NCBI GenBank assembly: GCA_964016885.1
Contig: OZ024740.1
Span: forward strand, 180,606,001-180,670,000
DNA length: 64,000 nt
Direction: 5' to 3'
Source: Eledone cirrhosa
Lineage: Eukaryota
How positions within the stretch are numbered: the stretch's first letter is position 1; every line of letters begins with the position of its first letter. The position numbers were made by a program, and so were the translations under genes. The notes under the pieces were generated by a model that was not told where the DNA came from, ran no database searches, and saw only the letters and a program-made list of their open reading frames with translations. Shown here one piece after another: positions 24,729-38,409 of this stretch.

Positions 24729-25338
24729 TTTGTGCGTGTGTGTGTGTGTGTGATTTGGAATCCCTAAAACTCGAGAATTACCCAACCGAGGTTTTTAAAA
24801 CTTTTATGTGTATTACTTGTTACAGGGAGTGTTATGCAAATTCAACTTTTTTATCCCCTATGGTTCCCATTAGGTGAAAAACTGCGTTTTTTCAGGTTTT
24901 TAAGGTTTTTTTGAGGCGTTACTTCACACCGATTTCCTTGAAATTGTAACTATGCATTAATCAGTGTCTTCTTCATACCGTGAGCAAAGAAAATTTAACT
25001 TTTTCTTGGCCTAGGGCCCGCATTAGATGAAAAACTTCATTTTTTCAGCTTCTTATGGCTTTTTGGAGGGGTTACATCTAACCGATTTTCCACAAATTTC
25101 CTAGGCATATTATGCACATAAAAAAATTCATTTTCTTGATCACCCAGGGCCCACATTAAGTTAAAACCTGCATTTTACTGCTTCATTGAGGAAAATCTTA
25201 AAGATTATCCAGCCATCAGAGTATTCGGTTTATTTTCTTTACATATTGTCCAGGCATGCAGTTTTTCCACGATTAGGTCTGTTGGCGACATGCGTTCCAA
25301 AATACCTTATCCCGTGCAGCACCGGGTACCACTACTAG
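24657..25338 (+). mobile_element. Non-autonomous Helitron-like element with internal (TG)n
   Basis: 5' end A|TCTATATATACAAAA; 3' hairpin cccgtgcagcaccggg (25311-25326) plus CTAG|T; no TSD. An empty site is present at ~24256. Confidence 0.9.
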
Positions 25339-25412
25339 TTACTGATATTCGAAAAACTCAGATTACATTTATTGTATTCAGCCATGTAGAGCGAATTTTT
25401 TTTTTAACATAT

Positions 25413-25444
<32 letters not shown>

Positions 25445-27769
25445 GTATACATGTGTGTGTATCAACTGTGAGGATTGCTGATTTCCTTGTATATTTGCTT
25501 AACATTTGTCCGTTAAGTGTCTTGAACAGTGAAATAACACGATGTCACTAAATTGTTATATCGTCCCAAGATTCTATGAGAAACATTTCCCATAATATAC
25601 ACATATATCAGTGACACTAGTCACAAACCGAAATTTCATATAGTCGTAAATCATATATTTGTGAAATATTTCAAGCACATGTATCGGAAAACTTGTCAGC
25701 TGAAATATTATTTCCCTATTTCTTTTTCATCATGTTATCGCATCAGATCAACAGGGATTTCTTTCGTCGCAGAACTGTTATATTTATTGTACCGGTATCG
25801 AATTAAAATACTAAACTCCGTCAAAGTCAATTCGTTTTTATGTTAAAAGATATGTAATTTTACCATAATTAAATCAATAAACTTGCGCCAGGCAAACCAG
25901 AGATTATATTTTTAATATGTGTTTTTACTTTCATGAAATTGGTTTATATTGACAATTTCCAATAGAGCTACACATTCCAATGTTGAATAATTCAGAAAAC
26001 ATGATATGATGCACTTCTACATACATGTGTACGACGTGAAGGAATTAAACACACATCTGTGTGTGCAGATATGTGCACATGTATATATCCAGATTAATTA
26101 CATCTATGATCTGTGCTCTTCCATTTTACTTCGCGTTTCTGGAACCTCATTGTTACATGTAACAAATATATTTGATGTTTCGATGATATATTTGATATTT
26201 CGATGATCTATACTGAAATGCATATGGAAAACTATTATGTACCCGTTAATTTATTCTGATAAAATATTACATAACTATAATAAACAAAATGAATCACACA
26301 ACCGCACACTTGAAATCTATGAAAATACTTCACCAAATATAATATGTTTTTACAATTATCTATGTCAACGTCTACTTTTTCAAAAAAAAAAAGGACCCCA
26401 GAAGATTTATTTCACTTCTACTACGATTAAATGTGCACTGCAATTTCTAACTATATTTTCCTGTCTGGCATCAGTTATACTGAATGGCATTTGGCTCTTA
26501 ACCGAATGAGTATTCTGGCAGAAGTTATGTCTGGCATCAAAGCATAGTATTGTGACAGATTGTGCATTAGAGCATGTATAACTGCTGAAAACATTTTATG
26601 GTTGAATGCCTTTTCCTTGTGTCATTTCTATATGTAGAAAAACATTACAGACGATTTAGCACGTTGTCTGAATATTTTCGTACATTTCTTCTTATTTTCA
26701 TATTTGACAAAATAAGACTAATACGATTTTAGTCATATTTCAACTTAATTCTCTAGTTATATATGTTATCCAATATATCAAAACGAAATAAGTAGGTATT
26801 TAACTAATAGACCTGGAAGTTGAACAAGCAGATTAAATAAAGTAACTCGCAGAATTCTGATATTTTTCGATATAACTTTTATATATTTTGACTATCTGTT
26901 TTGTGTTATTGTCTGTTATATCAAAGATGTTTATGTTAAGGGTTTCTGATTAGTATAGTGCTACTGGACTGTGATTTTGTCGATATTCTATGTTGGTAAG
27001 TAGATGAAGGAACATATCTCATCTTAGATAAATATTTCGTATATCGCACCTGAATGTCAACGTGAATGTATCGTTGTATACAAAACATGAACATTAATTC
27101 TAGAGTATTAAAAAATGGGGTCAAATTTCACTACATTGCAACTAAAACGTAGAAAAGCAGCTACAACTGTGGCAAATTAGATGTTTTCAGAATGGACACA
27201 AACTTCGATACACGGAATACAGCATGGAATGATCTGGTCAAACTTAAACCTGTTTCACTCTATTCTCTCAAATGAATTATCCAAGGAGACACAAAGTTCA
27301 TAAAAAACTAGGATAAATGTGTTATGTTCAGTGGTCGGTTCTAAGATATTGAAAACTCTGTGTAAATGACAATATTACGTTCTCACATAGAGATATTGAG
27401 GGGAAGAATATAATGTAGATATATATAGCTACCAAAAACCAAATTTCGAGGATTTTAGAAATCGACAGGCTATTATCAACTTACTTGCCTCTTCAAACCT
27501 TAATTTATCCTGCAATAAATCAGGAGAGTGAAACAAACTATCACGGAAATAGGTTGCAGTGATAAGGAATGATAACTTCTACGAGTTTCACGAAGAATCT
27601 AGTATTTAGAGATATTATGTAATATTGACACATATCTAGTAGTTAAAAATTACTAATTGACGTATTTCGTGTGGGTGGTTATCAATTATATTATTAGGTT
27701 TGAATGATATTAGGTAATACCTGTTTATATATGTATTAAATAGAAGAATTGGAATATTCTCTATCTATG

Positions 27770-28500
27770 TAGGGCGGGTAAAATTCCCGAGATCCATGGA
27801 CGAGTTCTTTCGAGGGGTATCTGTCCTTCATTGTCGCCGCCATCTCATGCATCTCTGAGAGACCAGTGTCTGCCCTTAGGGCATCAATATATATCGGCCC
27901 CGATCTCCCTCTTCTAATGTGTCCGTGTAGGGTCTCTCTCAGGAACACTGAGTTTAGTGTCAACTCTAAATGTCGGTGAGCATGTCCAGCTAACTTCGGT
28001 CTCCTCTGTATTACTTTCGTGATGGCGTTTCGGAGGCACCCGTGCAGCTCTGAATATTTTATCCTCAGTGTATACTGATTAATGTTCAGAGCCATCCTCA
28101 GCAGTCTCGTGTGACACCCATTCACCAGCTGAGTGAGTGTCTTGGTTAGTGTCTAAATCTCAGACACGTACAGTAGCACAGACTCCACTGTAGCAGCGAA
28201 GATACGGATCTTCAGGTCTTTAAGATGGTCCGACTTCCACACTGATCTCAAACAGTTGCGTGTCGCCCATGCTTTGCTCTTCCTCTCAACCACATCATCC
28301 TCTGTGTTCCCAATATTTGCTCCCAGATATAGATAGTCCTCAAACAAATCTAGCATTTTCCCGCCTACATTCATAATCTTCTCTGGCTTCTTAATGTTCT
28401 CTACCAGATTATTCACCTTAATCGCATTCATTCTCAGCCCGACACTCATCGACACAGTCTCCACCACCTGCATCAACTACTCTGCCTCGTTCACAGTGTT
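27770..28500 (-). mobile_element. RTE-like LINE 3' fragment (RT thumb/C-terminus), degenerate
   Basis: YLYLGANI...KAW...LKIRIFAATVESVLLY.SE; NG..TRLLRMAL; RR.KLAGHAHRH; RRGR...YIDALRADTGL. Confidence 0.8.
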
Positions 28501-29833
28501 TCTCGCAATTAGAATATGACTAATTTAATAACAGGGATTTTATTAACTCTTTAACCACTACAGAAATATCAGTTCTGGTTGCTCATAGTCGCCAGCTTAG
28601 GAAATAATTACTCGTTGAACTGATTAATAAAAAAATTAGTTTTGCGACATTTAAAGATGAACATGAGCATTGAAATACGAGGAGCCAATAAGACATTAAA
28701 CATCAATTTATATTATTTCATTTCACTTTCTCCACCAGCAATATATGTCCCATCATTTTATCTAAACCCAGGTCACAAGAAAGGACAAGAAAAATGTTCA
28801 CTTCATTCGACTATGTCACACACTACATATGTTTAAGTTTATTAGACATTTTTCATATTTACATTTTCTTTATATTGTATGATGCTTAATTATTGAAAGT
28901 TCCATTCATTACTAAAGAGAATATCACATAAACTTTACGAATGTTTAGTAACATTTATATGTTTGAACCTGCAAGGAAATAAGGCAACATTGAATCCATC
29001 ACGATTTGAACGCAAAAAAAAAAAAAACTGCCCAAATTTCCTTCTGAATATTTTGCCCGAACAAAAACATAAAGAATGACTAAGTTCTTAAATTATCACA
29101 TTCCACCTAACTGTTTCCTTCATCACTGAGTCAATCCGTAGAATCTCGTATCTAGAGGTAATCTATAATTTTCCAATTGTTCCTTCCCATGAAAGAACTG
29201 GAAACACAATAAATTCAAAACTACCAAATGAAAGTGATGAACATTTTTAAGATGAACTTCATATTTTAATTTGACACTCGAAATAATGTCTTGCTCTAAT
29301 CAAATTCAATAATGAAAAATATACCTTGAGGCACTTCATAAAATATTTCATTTTCTTTTAAATTATATTATCAATTTAAAGACGCATTTATCCTTATTAC
29401 CATATAATCTATGCGGTCTTAGTTCCTAGTTTAAATCACGTGTTCATTATTAGGATTTTTATAACATGGTTTTAAATGCAGAAATATAAACGATTCATGT
29501 GAAAATTAATTTTAATGTTTAATAATAATTTTAACTAGATATTTCATTAGACAATTTCATTACATATTCTTTTTCGCTGTCGATGATGGTGTTTGGAATG
29601 TTGCTAGTGTTTTGCATTTTAGAAACACGGCTTCAAAGTATAGCAATTCAAAGTTATTGTTTACCGAGATTATCCCATGAAAATGTGTTATGTATTATTT
29701 TGTTTATTTGCGGTTAAAATGAAGTAGATTATAAGAAAGATGTAACATACATTGTGAAACAGGGTGGTACACTGAAAACGCAAAGTTATACGGCAAATAA
29801 CCAACTTATACTCAGAAAAAAAAATTATATATA

Positions 29834-29870
<37 letters not shown>

Positions 29871-30133
29871 TTACACAAATGAGTTATAACTGTATTTCTT
29901 ACATGACTATACTTTATGCTGTATTCTTAATATTCCAAGGTATTCGAATATTTTAGGTGTTGATGTTTCATAAATAAATTAGGTAACACTCATCAGTTAC
30001 AACCAGAAGACAAAATCTAAAGGAAGAAATAAAATAAGTTTGTGTGAAACAATACATATTTATAAGATCTTCAAGTAAGCAATAAACATTTGTTAAATGA
30101 ATGTGTTTTCCGGATATTATTTGAAAAGCTCAT

Positions 30134-30320
30134 GTGGATTGGCAGTATCGGTAGAGGGTCGGACGCCATGCTTTGACGCAAAGAGTTACAGCCCTTTCCA
30201 TTCTGAGTTCAAATCCCGCCGAGGTTAACTTTGCCTTTCATCCTTACGGGGTCGATAAAATAAAGTACCAGTAATGCACCGGGTAATTGCTGGCCTTGTG
30301 CCAAACGTAGAAACAATTAT
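30134..30320 (+). mobile_element. tRNA-derived SINE with 19-bp TSD
   Basis: A and B boxes present. TSD attatttgaaaagctcatg at 30116-30134 and 30316-30334. Confidence 0.92.
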
Positions 30321-31434
30321 TTGAAAAGCTCATGGCAAATCTATAAAAATGAAAATATTTGGATGAATGGTGTAAAAGATATACCCGAGGAACAAAGGAA
30401 ATGAAGAGAGTGTTATGTTGTAGATTCTTAACATGTGTCATGCTGAAATATGTTCAGAGCTACGTAGAAATTAAGAAAATTCCAATAAAAATTCATTCAT
30501 TTAAAACTAGTATCTTTCAATACTCCCCTGACTATAGATATTCGTAGTTGCGTGTATAAAATCAATCATATCCCAATGCATGTTTGTACTAACAATATGT
30601 CATTTCAGCTGATTTCATCGTTTATTAAGAAAAAAATATTAGATAGAAATATATCAACGTGTACCGCAAAACACAAGTTAAATCATATGCAGGACAACTT
30701 CTAATATTAAAGTAATTTCTTGATTGCTTTTCTTGCGTATAGAAATATTTCATATATTCTTACACCTCCATGTAGATCAGTATATCTACATATCCTTCTG
30801 ATATATAATAATGAGGTAAGCGGAAAACCTCGTTGTTGGCTTAAGATATATTCCCACATACATTCCCGTGCGTTACAAATACCGGTTGTACTTGGGTTTG
30901 ATTGAATATCACATCTAATACACTGCATTGCACTCAAAGTTGGGTTATTCTATGTGTTTTCTGTTATATTATAATGAGGAAATGTTGGATTTAGTAATAT
31001 TTCAATACACATTCCAAAGTGACAAAATCTATCGGGTTTCTTTTAATATCACATGTAATGAAGTGCACTGTACTTCGATTTGACTTTTTTCTATGAATTT
31101 TGTGTCAATTGTAAGTGTTCACGTCCGATTGTTTGAATTTGTTACGGTCTCTATTTTAATACTTAATTATGTTGGTATGGTAGGTCCAATCACGTTGGAA
31201 ATTCATGTAGCCTTCAAGAGAAATCTCCAGCGAGATCATGCGGTGAGAGCTATTCTTTTTGTTGGAGAATTTGTTCACATAAGATTCCACTGTAGATTGG
31301 GTTTGAGTTAGGGTTTAAATTGTATTGATAATTCGGTGTGAAAATAAATAAATTTCTGTGTTAAATCTGTGGGTTTTAATTTTTTACATTACCTGACTTC
31401 ATAATAATGGTGTCTGATTTAGACCCGAATTTTG

Positions 31435-31590
31435 GGAGAGGGGAAATTACATTAAATCACCCCCTGGTGCTCTATCTTTTCGATCCCGTAGGGATGAAAG
31501 ACAAAGCTAAACTCGGCGGAATTTGAACTCATAGCGTAAAGGGCAACAACAACTTTATGCTGCAGAGCATGTTGTCTGACACTAGTACCG
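31435..31590 (-). mobile_element. Older SINE copy
   Basis: ggatgaaagacaaagctaaactcggcggaatttgaactcatagcgtaaaggg matches the SINE core. Confidence 0.7.
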
Positions 31591-31857
31591 CAAAATAGCA
31601 TGGGGTTTTATTTTACTGGGGCATGTAATATAGCCTCTTCCTAAACTGAACACCCATCTTCCTTAAGTCTGAAGATAATGAACAAATGCTCCCATCAAAG
31701 ATGATAGTAAAGAGAGAAATTGAAATAATCCTATTCATATATAGACACATATAATATTTGACACCTAGAGAAATATTTCAATAGCAAATTTCGCAAACAA
31801 TTGTACATCTGCTCAATTATCTTAGATAATATATATGAATCATACATTTTATATCAT

Positions 31858-32042
31858 TGGATTGGCGGTATCAGTAGAGGGTCGGACGCCATGCTTTGAC
31901 GCAATGAGTTACGGCCCTTGCCATTCTGAGTCAAATCCCGCCGGGGTTAACTTTGCCTTTCATCATTACGGGGTCGATAAAATAAAGTACCAGTAATGCA
32001 ATGGGTATTTGCTGGCCTTGTGCCAAGAGTAGGAACAATTAT
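31858..32042 (+). mobile_element. tRNA-derived SINE
   Basis: Same family as 30134-30320. Confidence 0.9.
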
Positions 32043-32221
32043 AAAATATACATAAATATTTCATTCACTTCTTTTTCTTTAGTCGTATACTCTGAGTTCA
32101 GAAAACAGAATAGTGCAACTAAAATAATTACATTCATAAACATGCTGGCACACGTTCAATTCCACTGAAAGAAAACGTTAAGAAATGTATTTTATTACAA
32201 TGTGTAATACAGTGTGAAGAT

Positions 32222-32372
32222 GGCGGATTGGTGGAGTCGTTAGGACGTCAAATATAATGCCTAGGGTTATTCGTTCCGGCTCTCTGTTCTCTAAGCTCAA
32301 TTGCAGCTGAGGCTCCCTTTTCCTTTCATCCATTTGAAGTTGATAAAAATGTACCAGTCAAGTATTGGGGGC
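32222..32372 (+). mobile_element. Diverged related SINE
   Basis: ggcggattggtggagtcgtta...cctttcatcc....gttgataaaa..gtaccagt. Confidence 0.6.
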
Positions 32373-32673
32373 GATTCTTCCTTTACATCTCTTTCCCACT
32401 CCCCTTCTCTAATTCTTAATGATTCTCTAGAAGAAATATGCTGTATTCAAACCTGGAGAGGGATGGGCTTGACTAGGTTTAAAAAATGTTCTGGAAACGT
32501 CGTATGTAAATGTGGGACACTTACGACTCATCGGGAGTTAGGACAAGTCCAAACCGAGTCAGTTGATTTTACTAGAGAGAGAGAATACCCAGAATCACTT
32601 ATATAGATATGTCACATACATATGCATGTTTATGTATCTATATACTCCATTATATATTTATATCTACATATCA

Positions 32674-32865
32674 AAGGGCGGTGGATTGGCAGTATCGGTA
32701 GAGGGTCGGACGCCATGCTTTCCAGCATAGTTACGTCCCTTTACGATCTGAGTTCAAATCCCGCCGAGGTTGACTTTGCCTTTCATCCTGACGGGGTCGA
32801 TAAAATAAAGTACCAGTAATGTACTGGGTAATTGCTGGCCTTGTGCCTAAGGTAGAAACAATTAT
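32674..32865 (+). mobile_element. tRNA-derived SINE with 21-bp TSD
   Basis: Nearly identical to the reverse complement of 19118-19303. TSD attatatatttatatctacat at 32649-32669 and 32861-32881. Confidence 0.93.
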
Positions 32866-32937
32866 ATATTTATATCTACATTTTCGATGAAAGCAAATAC
32901 TGTACGAGTCCTGCAGAAACGGTTTCTATATTAAATA

Positions 32938-33126
32938 AATGTTTCTACTTTTGGCACAAGGCCAGCAATTATCTCAATGTATTACGGGTACTTTATGTTA
33001 TCAACCCTGTAAGAATGAAAGGCAAAGTTAATCTCGGTATGATTTGAACTCAGACCACAGAGGGCGGTAACTCTTTGCTGCAAAGCATGGCATCCGACGC
33101 TCTAACGATAGTGCCAATCCACCGCA
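32938..33126 (-). mobile_element. tRNA-derived SINE, inverted relative to its neighbour
   Basis: gtttctacttttggcacaaggccagcaatta...gccaatccaccgc. Confidence 0.9.
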
Positions 33127-33282
33127 TGTTAAAACAGTGCAAATAAATTGAGTACCTTTCTAACTGGGGTTACCACCGATTTCGCTCGGGATCAATGCAC
33201 ACACATTGACACACACGCAAACACGCACATTCACATACATGCATACATACATCATACATGCATATACACACACACACACTCG

Positions 33283-33328
<46 letters not shown>

Positions 33329-33332
33329 CACG

Positions 33333-33414
<82 letters not shown>

Positions 33415-33493
33415 AGTATGTGCCGTACTAAGAGTGAGAAATGAAATTTCATTTCATTCAATTCCATTTTATATATATATAATATATATATAT

Positions 33494-33707
33494 ATTAGAA
33501 AATATATAGCTTTCACCGTATTTTTGTCTAAAGGAATTTTAGCCTGATAACGGGGTTTAGAACCTTCAGATAAATGGAAAAAGATGAGTATTGACGTACA
33601 TGTACGTCAATACTCATCTTTTTCCATTTATCTGAGGGTTCTAAACACCGTTATCAGGCTAAAATTCCTTTAGTCAAAAATACGGTGAAAGCTATGTATT
33701 TTTTAAT
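33494..33707. repeat. Spacer-less ~210-bp palindrome
   Basis: Centre ttgacgtaca|tgtacgtcaa at 33600/33601; the arms match with few mismatches. Confidence 0.95.
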
Positions 33708-33802
33708 TTCAAACTCGCTCACTGTTTCAAAACATAATTACTTGCCATATATATATATATATATATATATACATTATCTCTCTCTCTCTATATATATATA
33801 TA

Positions 33803-34880
<1,078 letters not shown>

Positions 34881-34896
34881 ATATAAATATATATGT

Positions 34897-34978
<82 letters not shown>

Positions 34979-35047
34979 AAATATATATATATTTCGTTTC
35001 TGAATTTGTTTAGCAAGATTCTTTATCTGAAATCGTGTGTTGAAACC

Positions 35048-36165
35048 GATATTGTTATACTTTGGGAGGGTCATGTTGCCAATAAGAAACACACGCACCA
35101 GTTGCTTTCACTTCAATTTATTATATATTTATAAATTTATAAATTTACAAACCTATACATTTCTGGTTGGTTGGTTGGTTCCACAACCAGATAGTTGTTT
35201 ATATATAGTCATAGTCCTTTCGTCACACACTCTGTGACCTCTTCAGTGACTGGGGATTCCTTTCTTTGTTTCTGTGCCTTTCCTTTCTTCTATGCTACGC
35301 CATTTTGTTTCTGTGTGTGTGTTGTGTGCTCAGTTTGCGCATGCGCCACATCCGGGTGTCTGTGTGTGTTTCTGTTCATTTATCTATTTGTTTATTTATT
35401 TATTGTTGGTTGGTTGTTTGTTCTATGTGTGTGTGTGTTTTCATTTTGTCCTGTGTGTGTTTTCATTTTGTCCTTAATTGTAAGTTGTTTGTTCTATGTG
35501 TGTGTGTGTTTTCATTTTGTCCTGTGTGTGTTTTCATTTTGTCCTTAATTGTAAGTTGTGATGTTGCTGTTCCACTCATATTTTCTATTTAATTTTGGTT
35601 TTAATTCTTTTATGCTTACTGCCTCTGTAATTTGCCTAAACATTGCGTCTTTTCTGTGTGTGGATTCTATTTTTATTTCTATGCTCTCTAATCTACCCCT
35701 ATATTCTATCTTAGCATGTTGGTAGAGCACAGATGATTCTTTATTATCTTGGAGGTCTCGCCAGTGTTCATTTATTCGTTCCCCTATACTACGAGCTGTC
35801 TCACCTATGTACACTATATTTTTGTTTCTACATTGTCCTTCAGTACATCTTATGCTATACACTACATTTCTAGTTTTACAGTTAATATGGGGGTTTATTT
35901 TACAGGTTATACATTTCTTATCTATACATGGGGGTCTTTGGAACGGGTATGTCTTGCTAATAAGTGTTTTTACGGAGGTACCAGGTCTTTCTACTATCTT
36001 AATATTGAGACTATGTTTATTTAGGGCCCTTCTAAATTTGTAGGCTAGTTCGCCTCTAGGGGTTGTATTGATGAACATTACACTCTGGTATTTATTGCTA
36101 TCATACCATGAGTTTATTCTATTGGCCTTGTCCTAGTTCTTTCTTTTCTATTCCAAAATTTGCTC
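35048..36165 (-). mobile_element. Penelope-like element 3' part: GIY-YIG endonuclease (35545-36078) + tail
   Basis: C..KKCITC....CKTRNVVYSIRC...IVYIGETARSIGERINEH...SVLYQH...RQITEAVSIKELKPKLNRKYEW. Same family as 53272-55475. Confidence 0.9.
35207..35251 (-). ncRNA. Minimal type I hammerhead in PLE tail
   Basis: agtca-CTGAAGA-g-gtcac(agagtgt)gtgac-GAAA-ggac-TA-tgact. Confidence 0.8.
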
Positions 36166-36193
36166 TACATATAGACATATATATATATATATA

Positions 36194-37388
36194 CTCTATA
36201 CCCGCTAAACCCGGGGCTTGTTCTCTTGTTGGAAATAACACGTGATAACTAAATGTACGTTTAGCTTGCTCATAGCAGCAGCATTTAGTGTCCACCTCGT
36301 TTTTGGACAGAACAGAACTCCTGTTGATGAAATGAATCCTCTGTTCGATCATGGAATACCACGAGCGTGCCTGTTACGTAAGTCGGATATTTGATTTCAG
36401 ATCCATAGAAACACTTTAAATGTATATCGTTTAATTTATCCATGTGTATCTTTTTTAACCTGTTAGTTTTTTCGTTACTTTGGTATTGTGTGTTAGGTTT
36501 TGCCTACCACAAGGTTCAATTTTTCAAGCTATTTAAACGTATGTTATGACTCTAAGTACCTACCCTTATTGAGTGCTTTGCTAACTCATTCATATTGTAG
36601 GTCGACTTTGCTTGCTCACAGTCAAAGATTCGATTTTACTAAGCTTCCACATGCATTATTTTCTCCTAGATTGAATAATTAACTAATTAATTTAATTAGA
36701 CAATTCTGTTGATTGGTTAATTATTTGTGTTTGTTTAATAACATCTGGTTGAGAGCTTTTATTCTGAATGTTAGCGGAAATTATAATATTTCCTTTGTCT
36801 AACACTTTGAATCTACCCGCCAAAAGCGGGGTTTGCTTCCCTTGTTGGAAATAACACGTGATAACTAAATGTACATTTAGCTTGCTCATAGCAGCAGCAT
36901 TTACCGTCCAACTCGTTTTTGGACAGAACGGAGCTCCTGTTGATGAAATGAATCCTGTGTTCGATCATGGAATACCACGAGCGTACCTGTTACGTAAGTC
37001 GGATATTTGATTTCGAATTCATAGAAACACTTTAAAGATATAACGTTTGATTTGTCCAGGTGTATCTTTTTAACCTATAAGAACTCCTGTTGATGAAATG
37101 AATCCTCTGTTCGATCATGGAATACCACGAGCGTGCCTGTTACGTAAGTCGGATATTTGATTTCAGATCCATAGAAACACTTTAAATGTATATCGTTTAA
37201 TTTATCCATGTGTATCTTTTTTAACCTGTTAGTTTTTTCGTTACTTTGGTATTGTGTGTTAGGTTTTGCCTACCACAAGGTTCAATTTTTCAAGCTATTT
37301 AAACGTATGTTATGACTCTAAGTACCTTAGAGTAATAACATGCGTTTAAATAGCTTGACAAATCGAACATTGTGGTAGGTAAAACTAA
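36194..37388. repeat. Irregular tandem triplication with terminal fold-back
   Basis: The block ctcctgttgatgaaatgaatcc...tgtatctttttt occurs at ~36318, ~36934 and ~37084. 37329-37388 is the reverse complement of ~37260-37319. Confidence 0.88.
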
Positions 37389-37442
37389 ATTGTAATAATG
37401 TAATCTCCTTAAACATCGTCAATATTGATAAAAGGCCTTGTG

Positions 37443-37598
37443 TGCGCCACTGATCGCTGTTAATGTCCTGTATGTATTGAGCGCCCAAACATCTATGATC
37501 TACGGTTTACAGCTGATGAAGGATTTCAACTCTTGTTTCGTCCATATTACCATCCTAAACTTTGTTTACAGTAACCATAGAGCTAACTTCGTTTCTTG

Positions 37599-37660
<62 letters not shown>

Positions 37661-38098
37661 CATATATATGAATGCAAACACCGATGCATACAATACTTAC
37701 ATGAATACAAGTATCGTTTAATATATTATTGAACATACGTATGAATTACTGTTGTATTTTCTTAACATTATATAATTATGCGTTGTAATTGTATAGCATA
37801 TACAGACACTCACAGAAACATGATCGACCGAGGAAAAAATAAATTAGAATAAGATATAACAAACCGATTAGATTTAAGTCTGGTGGTGCAATAACAGGGA
37901 GCACGGTGGCTCTATCCAATCTCAATCGAAGTACGGTAGAAAGGGAGAGAGAGAGAGAAAGAGGAGCAAGCGGAAGTGAAAGGGAGAAGGGAAAGGGGGA
38001 TAATCCCAAAGAGTTTACGACAGTTGTAAACTGTGTCGTAAACGATCGAAACCAGAGGAGTTTTACATATGTGAAACGTGTCATAAAGGATCGAGAGC

Positions 38099-38132
<34 letters not shown>

Positions 38133-38409
38133 GAGCGAGAGAACGAGAGAGAGAGAGAAAAGGGAGGAGAGAAGGGGAGAGTCGATATGAAAGAGTGGTG
38201 GGTCCACAAATCGAGCTAAACAGGCAGTGGGTGTTCACAGCCGTAAATACAAAATTACAAGAAACGAAGTGAGCTGTGTGGTTACTGTAAACAAAGTTTA
38301 GGATTTTAATATGGAAGAAACTAGAGATGAAATCCTTCATCAGCTGTAAACTGTAGATCATATATGTTTCGGCGCTCAATACAGGATATCAAAAGCGATT
38401 AGCGGCGCC
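37443..38409. repeat. ~160-bp inverted repeat pair (37443-37602 / 38253-38409)
   Basis: Also visible as near-identical ORF-track peptides on opposite strands (MIYGLQLMKDF / MIYSLQLMKDF). Confidence 0.88.

Larger units (their letters stand above)
23905..25410. repeat. Fold-back PLE-tail-like repeat (inverted and direct copies) with hammerhead motifs, interrupted by a Helitron
   Basis: 23905-24158 is the reverse complement of ~24414-24656. 24165-24330 is a direct copy of 24567-24656 plus 25339-25410. Confidence 0.8.

Noticed and set aside
25420-31400. Host gene exons in the AT-rich low-repeat stretch
   Set aside because: I found no recognisable protein motif or consistent splice chain. The window may be intronic, but I cannot show it.
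19118-33126. A/B-box sequences as tRNA genes
   Set aside because: They do not form a cloverleaf, and they have a constant non-tRNA tail and TSDs, so they are SINE heads.
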